NCBI GenBank assembly: GCA_963665665.1 | Contig: OY762428.1 | Coordinates: 3,424,001-3,488,000 of the forward strand | Length of the DNA: 64,000 bases | Direction: 5' to 3' | From: Candidatus Kapaibacterium sp. | Lineage (GTDB): Bacteria > Bacteroidota > Ignavibacteria > Kapaibacteriales > UBA2268 | Part shown: piece after piece, positions 32,754 through 42,990 of the stretch | Layout of the letters: each line of letters opens with the position of its first letter | Numbering within the stretch: position 1 is the stretch's first letter | Made by a program: the position numbers and the translations under genes | The notes under the pieces: model-generated | The model's input: the letters and a program-made list of their open reading frames with translations, nothing else | What the model was told of the DNA's origin: nothing | Database searches by the model: none

Positions 32754-33422
32754 TTAAGCAATAATTTTTCTTGCAAGGTCAATAATTTTATCAGATTGTT
32801 CTTCTATTGTTAAATTCGATGTATCTATTTCTATTGCATCATCTGCTTTTCTAAGCGGGCTGATGGGCCGGTTGCTGTCGTAGTGGTCTCTGTCTGCAAT
32901 TTGCTTTTTGATTTCGTCGACAGAAAATTCCATCCCCTTTTCTTTCATTTCAAGCATACGCCTTTCAGCGCGGGCATCTATCGTTGCCGATAAGAATATT
33001 TTCAGTTCTGCCTGAGGGAATACATCCGTTCCAATATCGCGGCCGTCCATTACCACGCCGCCGGGTTTTCCCATTTCTCTCTGCATGGCGACCATTTTTT
33101 CGCGGACAATACCCATAGCGCTAACCGGGCTGACCTGTTTTGTTACTTCAGGAGTGCGTATCTCTTCGGAAACATCCTCCGATCCGAGATATGTTCTTTG
33201 TCCGTTTTCTGAAGGAGCCAGCCTGACCGGATATTTCTCCATAAGGTTTGCAAGGTTTGCATCATTCATTTCAGATTCTGATCTTAGCCATGCAAGGGTT
33301 ACTGCCCTGTACATTGCACCGGTGTCAATATATATATACCCAAGTGTTTCCGCGACAATTTTTGCAGTGGTTGTTTTTCCAGATCCGGCAGGGCCGTCGA
33401 TTGCTATAATTATTTTTTCCAT
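32754..33422 (-). CDS. cmk: Cytidylate kinase
   Basis: AIDGPAGSGKTT, DTGAMYRA, VMDGRDIGT. Confidence 0.97.
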   Translation of the reverse strand: MEKIIIAIDGPAGSGKTTTAKIVAETLGYIYIDTGAMYRAVTLAWLRSESEMNDANLANLMEKYPVRLAPSENGQRTYLGSEDVSEEIRTPEVTKQVSPVSAMGIVREKMVAMQREMGKPGGVVMDGRDIGTDVFPQAELKIFLSATIDARAERRMLEMKEKGMEFSVDEIKKQIADRDHYDSNRPISPLRKADDAIEIDTSNLTIEEQSDKIIDLARKIIA

Positions 33423-33447
33423 TTATTAAATGCCTGTTTTAAAATAT

Positions 33448-34161
33448 TCAATGTTCAGATTTTACTAAATTATAAAAAACGGAGATAACTTCATCAGTGT
33501 TCTCAAGAGTATCCAACACTACATCGGGTTTGAGTTCTTCGAGCTTCTCAGTATTCAGCCATCCGGTGGCAACGGATACTACGGGTATTCCGTTTGAACG
33601 GGCGCATTCAATATCCATGTGGCTGTCTCCGATAATAATTGTATTGTTCAGATTGAAAACATCTTCACCCCAATAACGGTTTGCTCTGTCAATGGCTATA
33701 GGCAGGAGTTTGTTCCTGTCCTGATGATCCGATCCGAAAGCTCCGAAAGGAAACAATTTATCAATTCCCCAGGGCGACAGTTTCAGGTAGGCATTTTTTT
33801 CAAAATTCCCGGTAAGCAAGGCGCACTGGAAATCATCGCTTGCAGAAAGTCTGTGCAGAAGGGTATTTATTCCCGGTAATAATTTTAAATGCTCATCATC
33901 TGCAAAATCCTTGAACATATCGTACATCATTTCCCAGATATTATCTATGTCGTCCAGAAGCTTTTGATAAGAGAAACCAAATTTATGGCAGATCAGTTGC
34001 AGTATTTTCAGGTCTGTCTGTCCCTGGAAATCCGGCATCATATCCTCGCTGATCTCCGTTCCGAATATATTTTTCATTGCTACAGAAAAAAGTTCCTTTG
34101 ATTTTCCATCCCTGAAGCGAACCAGGGTTCCGTCAATATCGAACAATAATAAAATCGGCAT
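33448..34161 (-). CDS. HAD family hydrolase
   Basis: LFDIDGT, LTGN, GAFG, IGD...D; start placed at ATG 34161. Confidence 0.9.
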   Translation of the reverse strand: MPILLLFDIDGTLVRFRDGKSKELFSVAMKNIFGTEISEDMMPDFQGQTDLKILQLICHKFGFSYQKLLDDIDNIWEMMYDMFKDFADDEHLKLLPGINTLLHRLSASDDFQCALLTGNFEKNAYLKLSPWGIDKLFPFGAFGSDHQDRNKLLPIAIDRANRYWGEDVFNLNNTIIIGDSHMDIECARSNGIPVVSVATGWLNTEKLEELKPDVVLDTLENTDEVISVFYNLVKSEH

Positions 34162-34369
34162 ATAAATATTTTCACATTTTATATTTAACATAAGGCCAAT
34201 ATAACAAAATACTTTGTTACGCCCAAGAATAGGCATATCACAGCCAAATTCGGATTAGAAACGTATTAGTTCTGATTTGATTGAATCTTAAATAATAACA
34301 AATCGGCTTTGAAACTTAACTTTTCGACAATCGTATTATTAATTGAGATTTATGAAGAATCCAGGCTAA

Positions 34370-35542
34370 GTGATGAATAGTAATGAAATGCCATACAACC
34401 TTGAATCAGGAAAAGACAGCAGCCAGTTTTACGAGAATCTTAATATTGCCTGTGACCTTGTAATCAATACCGCGAATGATAAACTTGACGATCTGATCAA
34501 AGATTATATGGTATTTATAAGGGTCGGCAAAATTGAACCATTACGGAGTCATGACGAATATCTTATTGAAGCTATAAGCATTGGCGTTTTCTGGAAGAAT
34601 TATCTTGGCGGCGCTTTGAAACTTAATCGCAGTATAGCGGATTTTCTTCATTATCTCTACAACCTCAGAAGGAGAAACAAAAAACTTAAACCTTATGTTG
34701 ACAAGGTGCGCGGATATCTTTTTTCCCGTTTTTTAAAATCAGAGACAGAATCAGGCCAGCCAAAGATAATAGGGAATTTTGAGTCGCTTGTTGCATGGCT
34801 GAAATCCAGTGGCGATTTCAGGGAGGAATGTGAAAGGTTAGACAATTGGCTACATTTCTTCACTATCCAGTCCGATTCGAATGCAAGAAAATGGATTTCG
34901 ACTATAGTTTCCTATGCTTCAACATTTGAAGATATTGGAAAGACTTTGCTTGGGAAATACACAAGCAAAGTGGATTCCTTCAGGAATAATAATTATTCAT
35001 CTTATAAAAACAGGGAAGACCTGATTCTTTGTTTCAGGCCCGAAAACGAATACCACCTGAATATGATAGCTGCCGGGATATTGAACAGGGAATTTCAGGA
35101 GAAGTTTGAAAGAACAGAACAAAAAATACTTCTTCTGCCAACTTGCATGAGGACAATGCCGGAGAGCCATTGCAAAGCAAGTCCGAAAGGCCGTGAACTG
35201 ATATGTGCTTCCTGCAGTGTTAATTGCCGTATAAATAATATTAAATCAAAAATGAATAATGAGGGAATTGAAGTAAGGCTGATACCTCATTCTTCAGATT
35301 TCTCTGAATTTCTGAAAACATGGGAAAATTCCGAAACCACCGGCCTGATTGGCGTTGCCTGCGTGTTAAACCTTCTGACGGGCGGATATGAAATGAAAAA
35401 ACTTAATATACCATCGCAATGTGTTTTCCTTGAAAGCTGCGGTTGCAAAAACCACTGGGACAGTGAAGGAATTCCTACTGAATTGAATCTCAGGCAGGTT
35501 TTACAAATCGCGCAGCCAAAAAAAATGAAACTATCTGCATAA
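34370..35542 (+). CDS. DUF116-like domain protein
   Basis: C-terminal LLPTCMR...CASC...C...GVAC Cys pattern. Confidence 0.7.
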   Translation: MMNSNEMPYNLESGKDSSQFYENLNIACDLVINTANDKLDDLIKDYMVFIRVGKIEPLRSHDEYLIEAISIGVFWKNYLGGALKLNRSIADFLHYLYNLRRRNKKLKPYVDKVRGYLFSRFLKSETESGQPKIIGNFESLVAWLKSSGDFREECERLDNWLHFFTIQSDSNARKWISTIVSYASTFEDIGKTLLGKYTSKVDSFRNNNYSSYKNREDLILCFRPENEYHLNMIAAGILNREFQEKFERTEQKILLLPTCMRTMPESHCKASPKGRELICASCSVNCRINNIKSKMNNEGIEVRLIPHSSDFSEFLKTWENSETTGLIGVACVLNLLTGGYEMKKLNIPSQCVFLESCGCKNHWDSEGIPTELNLRQVLQIAQPKKMKLSA

Positions 35543-35620
35543 TATTATAAATTTTCTCCTGCAAGAATTTTAATTCTGGTTCGTATAAAAATGAAATTTG
35601 TATAATTCTTACATGGAGAT

Positions 35621-36025
35621 ATGTTAATGGATATTAAAAAAGTATTCGAAGATTACAATACTATTGCTGTTTACGGCATGTCCACCAATCCTGCCAAACC
35701 TTCTCATACCGTTCCCGTATTTTTTCTTGATCACGGATATACTGTTTATCCTGTAAATCCGGTTGCTGATGAAATTGCCGGCGAGAAAGTATATAAAAAC
35801 CTGGCCGACGCTCCTGAGGGAATAGAAATACTTAATGTGTTCCGTCCTTCTGATCAGGCCTTGGGCGTTGTTGAGGAAGCTGTTGCCAGGAAAAAGGCCA
35901 AAGGCGATATTAAACTGATATGGCTTCAGGAAGGTATAATCAGCGACGAAGCAAAAAAACTTGCCGAAGAGAACGGTATTGATTTTATCCAGGACAAATG
36001 CATGTATAAGGAATATCTACGATAG
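35621..36025 (+). CDS. CoA-binding protein (YccU-like)
   Basis: TIAVYGMS, YPVNP, VFRPS, WLQEG, DKC. Confidence 0.9.
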   Translation: MLMDIKKVFEDYNTIAVYGMSTNPAKPSHTVPVFFLDHGYTVYPVNPVADEIAGEKVYKNLADAPEGIEILNVFRPSDQALGVVEEAVARKKAKGDIKLIWLQEGIISDEAKKLAEENGIDFIQDKCMYKEYLR

Positions 36026-36046
36026 AAACCAATTTATACTTCATCC

Positions 36047-36080
36047 AATCCCTTCCTGTTATCCGGGAAGGGATTTTTTT
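36047..36080 (+). terminator. Intrinsic terminator
   Basis: aatcccttcc / ggaagggatt stem plus long T tract. Confidence 0.85.
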
Positions 36081-36165
36081 ATTTTTTTATGATACTGAAA
36101 TCCGGGGTGAAACAAAAATTAATAAATTGTGTCTATTCAAAAAGAAATTTTGAACGGGGAACATT

Positions 36166-36720
36166 ATCAATAAAAATAAACATAAGGAATGGAATCAAAG
36201 TTTCCGGGAAAGTAAAGAATCAGCTGATTCAGCTTTCACTGAAATTTATAATACTTACTCGAAAAGCCTGTATGTTTATTGCGTAAAAATGTCCGGCAGC
36301 AATGAATTTGCTGATGATATTTACCAGGAAGCCTTTATAAAGCTTTATAAGACTCTTGAGAAAGGCAATAATATTGAGAATATGTATGCATATCTTCTTA
36401 CTATCTGCCGCAACCTGATTTATAACAGGGCCAGGAATAAAATTTATTTCGAGGATGTTGAGAAAGCAAATGATATTGTTGATCTTAGCAGCAATATTCT
36501 GGAAAAGAAGGAATTCAACACGGCAGTAAGTGACGCCCTGGACAAACTGCCCTCCGAACATAAAGAAGCTTTTATTCTTCAGGTTTTCGACGGAATGTCG
36601 TATAAGGAAATAAGCAACATCAGCAATGTACCTGTATCTACTGTCAGGAACAGGGTTGTCCGGGCAAAACGAAAATTGAGGCAATTATTATCAACTTATC
36701 TTGAACTGAAAAACAATTAA
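36166..36720 (+). CDS. ECF sigma factor; start uncertain (first in-frame ATG is 36289, inside region 2)
   Basis: AFTEIYNTYSKSLYVYC...ADDIYQEAF region 2 and LPSEHKEAFIL...SYKEIS...STVRNRVVRA region 4. Confidence 0.8.
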   Translation: MNKNKHKEWNQSFRESKESADSAFTEIYNTYSKSLYVYCVKMSGSNEFADDIYQEAFIKLYKTLEKGNNIENMYAYLLTICRNLIYNRARNKIYFEDVEKANDIVDLSSNILEKKEFNTAVSDALDKLPSEHKEAFILQVFDGMSYKEISNISNVPVSTVRNRVVRAKRKLRQLLSTYLELKNN

Positions 36721-36732
36721 AATGGCTGAGCA

Positions 36733-37989
36733 ATGGAAAACTATAGTATAAATTCAGATTCGGAACTTCTATATATGACGCTTGACGGTGAAGCCGATGA
36801 AATACAGAGTTCAATTTTGTTCAGAAAACTTGCCGTGGACGCGGAACTGCAAAAAGAATTCCGCGATGCTGTAAGTATCAATCACGGAGCCGTAAAAGAA
36901 TCAGAAAATATAGTTCCATCAGGAAAGCTGACTAATAATATTTTTTCAACTCTGAATATCGGAACTGCCACGGCTCCTGCAATTACCGAAAAATCCATAC
37001 CCGGAATAAATAAATTAACTCAGTTTTTGTTCAATCGCTGGCCTGTTGCGATTATATCAGGCATAGTTTGTTCGCTTCTTACATATTTCATGCTTGGAAA
37101 TAATAGCTTACAGGACAGATTGCCAATCAAAGTTTATACCTATACTGCAAATACAGCAACAAATAACGCTGACAACAATACCGGCAGCAACAACACTGTA
37201 GCAGGAAAAACTCAGCAAATAAATAATCCGGGTGGCGCCAAAACTGTTAGGAGTACAACAGCGAATTCCGATAATAAAAATTTCCAAAACAGCAGCATGG
37301 CACAGAAAGATGACTCAGAAAATACGCTTTCGAAAGTACCTACACTAATTCCGATTCAAATTATAAGAACTGAAAATTTGTCTTATGTTGCATCTGAGAT
37401 TAACTCCGGGAGTATCTTTTTCAGTATTATACCAACAGAATTATCCGGTAGTTCCCTTATTGATAGAAATGATAATGGCGATGAAGATATTGACGAATTT
37501 CCATATTTCCTGAGTATCGGGGCTTTCAATCAGAACGCATTAAAATTCTATCCTGACAGAGATTTAAATATTGGAAATGAGCCATTGTTCAATAATTCAG
37601 GGTTAAATATATCCTGGCTGATTGATGAAAGCAATTCTATTGGAATTGAATACAGCCAGGAAACTTTGCCCATGTATATAGGTGGTGATGCAATAACTGA
37701 TCCATACTATCCCAGGAAATCTCTTGTGTTCTTCGGGATCAATTATACCCATATATTTAATTCACTCGAAATAATCAATAATCTGAGGCCCTATTTAAAA
37801 AATTCTGTCTCGGGTTGTAAAATTGGCATGTCATTTAAACCCGAGGCAGGATTGATTTGGAATCCTGCCGACAGGGTTCAGGTTTTCCTTGCTGCAGACG
37901 GGAATATCCTGCTATACAGAAACAACCTTGACGTATTTAAAACTATAAAAAAGGTAGGGCTACGTTACGGTATAAATTTATTATTCTGA
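36733..37989 (+). CDS. Putative anti-sigma-like membrane protein with C-terminal beta-barrel-like domain
   Basis: Follows the ECF sigma; N-terminal LDGE motif, one TM, Asn/Thr-rich linker, terminal YGINLLF. Confidence 0.65.
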   Translation: MENYSINSDSELLYMTLDGEADEIQSSILFRKLAVDAELQKEFRDAVSINHGAVKESENIVPSGKLTNNIFSTLNIGTATAPAITEKSIPGINKLTQFLFNRWPVAIISGIVCSLLTYFMLGNNSLQDRLPIKVYTYTANTATNNADNNTGSNNTVAGKTQQINNPGGAKTVRSTTANSDNKNFQNSSMAQKDDSENTLSKVPTLIPIQIIRTENLSYVASEINSGSIFFSIIPTELSGSSLIDRNDNGDEDIDEFPYFLSIGAFNQNALKFYPDRDLNIGNEPLFNNSGLNISWLIDESNSIGIEYSQETLPMYIGGDAITDPYYPRKSLVFFGINYTHIFNSLEIINNLRPYLKNSVSGCKIGMSFKPEAGLIWNPADRVQVFLAADGNILLYRNNLDVFKTIKKVGLRYGINLLF

Positions 37990-38008
37990 AAATGAAAAGG
38001 AACATAAA

Positions 38009-39121
38009 ATGAAACACCTTGTAATTTTTGCCAGTTTATGTATATTTATGTCTTGCAGTAATGCTTCGCTTGAGCCTGTTCTTCCAGACCAGACTGATAT
38101 GGAAAAGCTCTATAATGTTTACGAAATGCCCGAATATTTTATTCATCCTGGCGAGATATTTATTGATACCGAAGGAACCTTTTTTTTGATAGGCCGGGAT
38201 GAACAAGCTCTGAATATTTTTAGAAGCTACGATACTTGCAGGGAATGGAAAATATTTATGAAGGATTCGTCTGTTTCCCATACCGATCCGGAGGAGTTTG
38301 TTGTTTATGATAATGGCCAAAATATTGTATACCGTGGATATTATCCATATAGTTGGTCCGAACAACATAATGAATGGAGAAATTGGTATAATTTCTTTGG
38401 TAAAATAAAGGAAAACGGGCGCTTTTATCCTGATGAACTTGATATGGATGAAGAGGGGAATCTATATCTTACAGGACTTCTTGATGAAACTGAGGTTTAT
38501 ATTCTTTTCTCATCTGACAGGGGAATGTCATGGGAAATTCTTCCGCCTCATGAAAAGAACAAATTTCACCAGGGCTTGTTTTGTTTCAGCAACAGGATAC
38601 TCAAGATATTGAAGCAAACCGGACTATATTATAGTGATGATAAAGGCCAAAACTGGACTCTGGTTTCAGGATTGGATTCAAAGGATTTGGCATTTTCCAG
38701 CAATGTCGGATGGAAAAATACAGTATCGAATGCAATAATAGAAGGTAGAAACGGAAAATTATATATGTGTAATAGTTATTCTAATTATCTGTTAATCAGT
38801 CCTGATAATGGAGAAAGCTGGCAGAAAATAAGCTTTGATTTTCAAGGTTATAATCTTCAGGACATTCTTTACGTGGATGAAACAGGCAATATTTTTGCAT
38901 CTTATATTTTCACAAATTATTCAAATAGTGCTGATATTGAAGAGAAAGCCGGAATCTATAAATCATCTGATGGAGGAAAAACATGGGAATATTGTATAAA
39001 AATTTTCAACGAGAGAAAAGACTGGGATTTTAAACCGATATACAATCGAATTCTCGACGACGGAACAGTTCTCTACCTATATAATAGCGAGTTTTATGTC
39101 TCAAAAAATAAGATTTTTTAA
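38009..39121 (+). CDS. Lipoprotein with BNR/Asp-box repeats
   Basis: Lipobox FMSC; SSDRGMSW, SDDKGQNW, SPDNGESW, SSDGGKTW. Confidence 0.85.
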   Translation: MKHLVIFASLCIFMSCSNASLEPVLPDQTDMEKLYNVYEMPEYFIHPGEIFIDTEGTFFLIGRDEQALNIFRSYDTCREWKIFMKDSSVSHTDPEEFVVYDNGQNIVYRGYYPYSWSEQHNEWRNWYNFFGKIKENGRFYPDELDMDEEGNLYLTGLLDETEVYILFSSDRGMSWEILPPHEKNKFHQGLFCFSNRILKILKQTGLYYSDDKGQNWTLVSGLDSKDLAFSSNVGWKNTVSNAIIEGRNGKLYMCNSYSNYLLISPDNGESWQKISFDFQGYNLQDILYVDETGNIFASYIFTNYSNSADIEEKAGIYKSSDGGKTWEYCIKIFNERKDWDFKPIYNRILDDGTVLYLYNSEFYVSKNKIF

Positions 39122-39226
39122 AAGTACATGATGCAATTCAAATATTAATATAATCATTGCGTTCATTGATCATATTCATTCTCCGGATAATGGAGAAAAG
39201 GGAAATATTAATTCGAGGGAAAATAG

Positions 39227-39466
39227 ATGGATCAGGAAGTTACATTCGAGGCGGTCAATGAAATCATTCAAAAAGAGATAAAATCTTTTATCGAGGCTGA
39301 CGGGGGAAAAATCGAGCTGGCTAAAGTGGAAAAAGGCAGGGTATATGTTAAGCTTAGCGGAGCATGCGCCGGCTGCCCTGCCGCATCGATGACATTGAAA
39401 TTCGGAGTGGAAAGAATTTTGAAAGAAAAGCTTCCCGGTATAGAATCTGTTGAACTGGCATTCTAA
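39227..39466 (+). CDS. NifU-like (Nfu) domain protein
   Basis: ADGGKIEL, LSGACAGCP. Confidence 0.9.
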   Translation: MDQEVTFEAVNEIIQKEIKSFIEADGGKIELAKVEKGRVYVKLSGACAGCPAASMTLKFGVERILKEKLPGIESVELAF

Positions 39467-39478
39467 TAAATACAAACT

Positions 39479-40111
39479 ATGACATTGAACTTTATACTTA
39501 GCGGACTTATAGGTTATTTTCTCGGTGCAATTCCATTTGCCCTGATAATTGTAAAAATGGCATCGGGAATGGATGTCAGGAAGGTCGGAACCGGAAATGT
39601 CGGCGCCATGAACAGTTTTGAATCCACCAACAAAAAATGGATTGGAATCTTTGTTATGCTGCTTGACTTTGCCAAGGGAGTTCTTGCTGTTTTAATCTCC
39701 AATCTTATTAGCGACGGTGATATTAAAGTTGCAGCTATTGCTGGCAGTGCGGCAGTTCTGGGACATAATTACAATATATTCCTGAAATTCAAAGGAGGGC
39801 GCGGGCTTGCTACAGCCGCCGGAGCTTTTGTAATGGTAAATCCTCTTGCCCTGTTCCTTTGGATATTCGGCTGGCTGTTGGGATATTATATTATCCGGCG
39901 GAATGTACACGTGGCTAATACGGTCGGAACAATGATGTCCTGCATGCTTGTTCTGAATTCTCCGGAATTTGTCCTGACAGGGCTACAAACCATGGAGTTT
40001 ACAAATCTTGCATGGTATAAGATAATGTCTGTTTTAATCACTATTATAATACTCCTGCGCCATATTGAGCCATTGAGAAAAGTAAAATGGAAGAAAAGAG
40101 GGACTGATTGA
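39479..40111 (+). CDS. plsY: Glycerol-3-phosphate acyltransferase
   Basis: YFLGAIP, GTGNVGAMN, DFAKG, GH, FKGGRGLAT, RH. Confidence 0.92.
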   Translation: MTLNFILSGLIGYFLGAIPFALIIVKMASGMDVRKVGTGNVGAMNSFESTNKKWIGIFVMLLDFAKGVLAVLISNLISDGDIKVAAIAGSAAVLGHNYNIFLKFKGGRGLATAAGAFVMVNPLALFLWIFGWLLGYYIIRRNVHVANTVGTMMSCMLVLNSPEFVLTGLQTMEFTNLAWYKIMSVLITIIILLRHIEPLRKVKWKKRGTD

Positions 40112-40201
40112 ATATTTTATTCTTAGAATACAGAACAACTTCTGGCAAATCAACTTTTGCAGTCAGAGTTATTGGGATTGTGTAAAAGATTTTTCCTTTT
40201 G

Positions 40202-40231
40202 ATTCCCCTGCTTCAAAAAAAGCAGGGGAAT
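40202..40231. terminator. Bidirectional terminator between plsY and prfB
   Basis: attcccctgctt / aagcaggggaat stem. Confidence 0.8.
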
Positions 40232-40252
40232 GAGGAAAATTGTTTTTACGGT

Positions 40253-41342
40253 TTATATCAGCAGGTAGGCCTTCATGAAATCGTCGATATCTCCGTCCAT
40301 AACAGCCTGTATGTCCGTTCTTTTTGTTTCGCTGCGGTGGTCGTTTACCATAGTGTATGGCTGAAATACATAGGAACGTATCTGGCTGCCCCATTCAATT
40401 TTTTTCTTACTGCCTTCTATCTCGGCTTTCGCGGCTTCCTCTTCTTCACGTTTCTTCTGGTAGAGCCTTGATTTCAGCATTTTCATGGCACGTTCGCGGT
40501 TCTGGAACTGAGAGCGTTCCTGCTGGCAGGATACAACAATGCCTGATGGCAGATGCCTGAGCCTAACGGCTGTTTCCACTTTGTTCACGTTCTGGCCGCC
40601 CTTGCCGCCTGAGCGGAATGTATCCATTTCAATATCGTCCGGGTTTACTTCTATTTCAATATCGTCTGTTACCTCGGGGTAAACGAATACTGATGCAAAC
40701 GATGTATGGCGTCTGGCGTTGGAGTCGAATGGCGAGATCCTTACCAGCCTGTGAACGCCATTCTCGGCTTTCAGGTAACCGAATGCATGCTTGCCCTGAA
40801 TTTCAATTGTTACTGATTTCATCCCGGCCACGTCGCCCGGAAGTTCGTCCAGAAGGAAGACCTTGCTTTTGCGTCTTTCGGCCCAACGCGTATACATCCT
40901 GAGCAGCATTTCCACCCAGTCCTGAGCTTCTGTTCCGCCGGCGCCGGCGTGAATTGTCAGTATAGCCGTTTTATCATCGTCCTTACCGGAAAGCAGTTTT
41001 TGTATTTCCAGGTCGGCAATTTTTTGGGCGGCGGAATCTATTTCAGATATTATATCGTCTTCAAGCGTTTCGTCTTTATCTTCTTCGGCCAGCAGCAGCA
41101 TAGCTTCAGCGTCGTCCACAGCGGTGCTTGTTCTTTTCCAGTTCTGCACCCATTCCTTGCGGTCTGATATTTCCTGCATAGTTTCGCGGGCTTTATTCTG
41201 GTCGTTCCAGAAATTTTCTGCCTCGGTTATTTTCTGAAGTTCGGAGATTTCATTTTCCTTGGCGTCAATGTCAAAGATACCTCCGTAGTTCAAGGGTTCT
41301 TTTTCTCAGTTCTTCAATCTTTTCTTTTTGCGGTTCAAACAT
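40253..41342 (-). CDS. prfB: Peptide chain release factor 2 (programmed +1 frameshift after codon 23)
   Basis: SPF and GGQ motifs; leader [23 protein letters not shown] ends at CTT TGA C. Confidence 0.97.
41270..41284 (-). promoter_or_regulatory. RF2 autoregulatory frameshift signal
   Basis: GGAGG-TAT-CTT-TGA-C on the minus strand. Confidence 0.95.
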
Positions 41343-41378
41343 TTACAATCTCCGAAGATTTAAATTTATACAGAATTA

Positions 41379-41386
41379 CAAAATTA
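41379..41386 (-). promoter_or_regulatory. Bacteroidota-type -7 promoter box upstream of prfB
   Basis: TAATTTTG on the minus strand, 37 bp before the ATG. Confidence 0.5.
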
Positions 41387-41742
41387 TGATATATGGGGCT
41401 TAGAAAAAAATAATAATTTTAGTGAGATTTGAATTGCTGAAATTACACTCAAAAAACATCTTTATTATTTTTCAAAAAATTGTATATTATGAAGGATTGA
41501 TGAGAAATATCAAATTTAAAAAGTTAAAGAGTAATAAATCAATAAGGAAATCTTTTTCTATTTATGGTTTCATTAATATTTGTTTTCTTTTATTTTTGTA
41601 TGTAAATTTATTCAATAGTTGAATACGTATCTTATTACATTGAACTTAATGCGTATTGCGTGCATATTTAGCTTGTAGTAAAACTAAAATAATCGAGTGC
41701 TGCAAATCAATTATAATAAATAATTTTCAGACCGATATAACA

Positions 41743-42732
41743 ATGAAAATGAATATTTTTGACAACAAAATAGAAGATTTTAGTAATTGGTACGATGATC
41801 AATTACCATTTCATGAGGAAGCTGCTCGTTTTTTTTCCTCCCTAATTAATACATTTCCGAAAGTTGAATCTGTTAAATTTAGAATAAAAGCTAAAGATGA
41901 GAGTATCAGAAAATTTAAGCGTAAATATTTGCCATTAGAAGATATAAATGATAATGATTATAAGATTAAAACTTTTATAACCGATTTGATCGGGGTTAGG
42001 GCCATTTGTCTGTATTCTGATGATGTAAATAGAATCAGGCGGGACTTAAAGAGATATTTTCATGAGGTAGAAATTACTGATAAATCGGGCCAGTTAGAAA
42101 AGACAGAAGATAAGTTCGGATATAAAAGCTTACATCTTCAATTAATATTAAAAAATAAGTTGAAAGGTGTTTATGATTACAAGAGATTTAGTAAACTTAC
42201 ATTTGAACTCCAAATACGGACAACAATACAGGATGCTTGGAGCACTCTTGATCATAAAATTAAGTACAAAAAAAGCATCCCTCAGAATTTGAAACGGAGA
42301 ATTAATCGATTATCCGCTTTATTTGAAATTGCAGAAGATGAATTCCTTAATATTCAAAAAGAGATTATCCAGGAAGAATCAAAAATTCGTACCAGATTAA
42401 AAAAAGGAGGTAAAATTCAAAAATCGAAAGCCTTAGATGTATTTAGATTCTTATTTGTGGCGCTAAAATATTTTTCTGACTATAATTTTATTGAATATAA
42501 AGTTGACAGTTTTGTTGAGGAAATTCTCTCATTAAACAAGAACTTTACTGAAGGAGAGTTAAGTGAAGCATTAGAAAAATACCTTCCTTTTGCAGACAGT
42601 ATTGAGCAAATGATAAAACAAAAAATGAATCCATATACAAAAATCAGATATTGCCTGTATAAGTTGGATATAAAAACATTCGCCTTAATATTATCCATAC
42701 ATCAGACAAGAATTATTAATAGTATGAATTAA
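41743..42732 (+). CDS. RelA/SpoT-domain small alarmone synthetase-like protein
   Basis: RIK...S..K, DLIGVR, GYKSLH, ELQIRT, AWSTLDHKIKYK. Confidence 0.88.
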   Translation: MKMNIFDNKIEDFSNWYDDQLPFHEEAARFFSSLINTFPKVESVKFRIKAKDESIRKFKRKYLPLEDINDNDYKIKTFITDLIGVRAICLYSDDVNRIRRDLKRYFHEVEITDKSGQLEKTEDKFGYKSLHLQLILKNKLKGVYDYKRFSKLTFELQIRTTIQDAWSTLDHKIKYKKSIPQNLKRRINRLSALFEIAEDEFLNIQKEIIQEESKIRTRLKKGGKIQKSKALDVFRFLFVALKYFSDYNFIEYKVDSFVEEILSLNKNFTEGELSEALEKYLPFADSIEQMIKQKMNPYTKIRYCLYKLDIKTFALILSIHQTRIINSMN

Positions 42733-42990
42733 GATGAATAAAATTGCAGCGCCTACTAATGTTAATTATTTGTAAGATTTCTAATGTTTTCGATCGTTAT
42801 CGTCCGCTTCATTTTTGGATTTTTGACATGATGCCATGCGCTGAATATCGGCATTTGCAAATTTGAAAATTAAACATGCAAACCATTGATAAAATCTTTT
42901 AAATTTGTATATTTATATATTACTGGGAATTGTGAATATCACTTTGGAAAAAAGGAATAAAATTTAATAAATCCAGGTTGGATATTTAAA

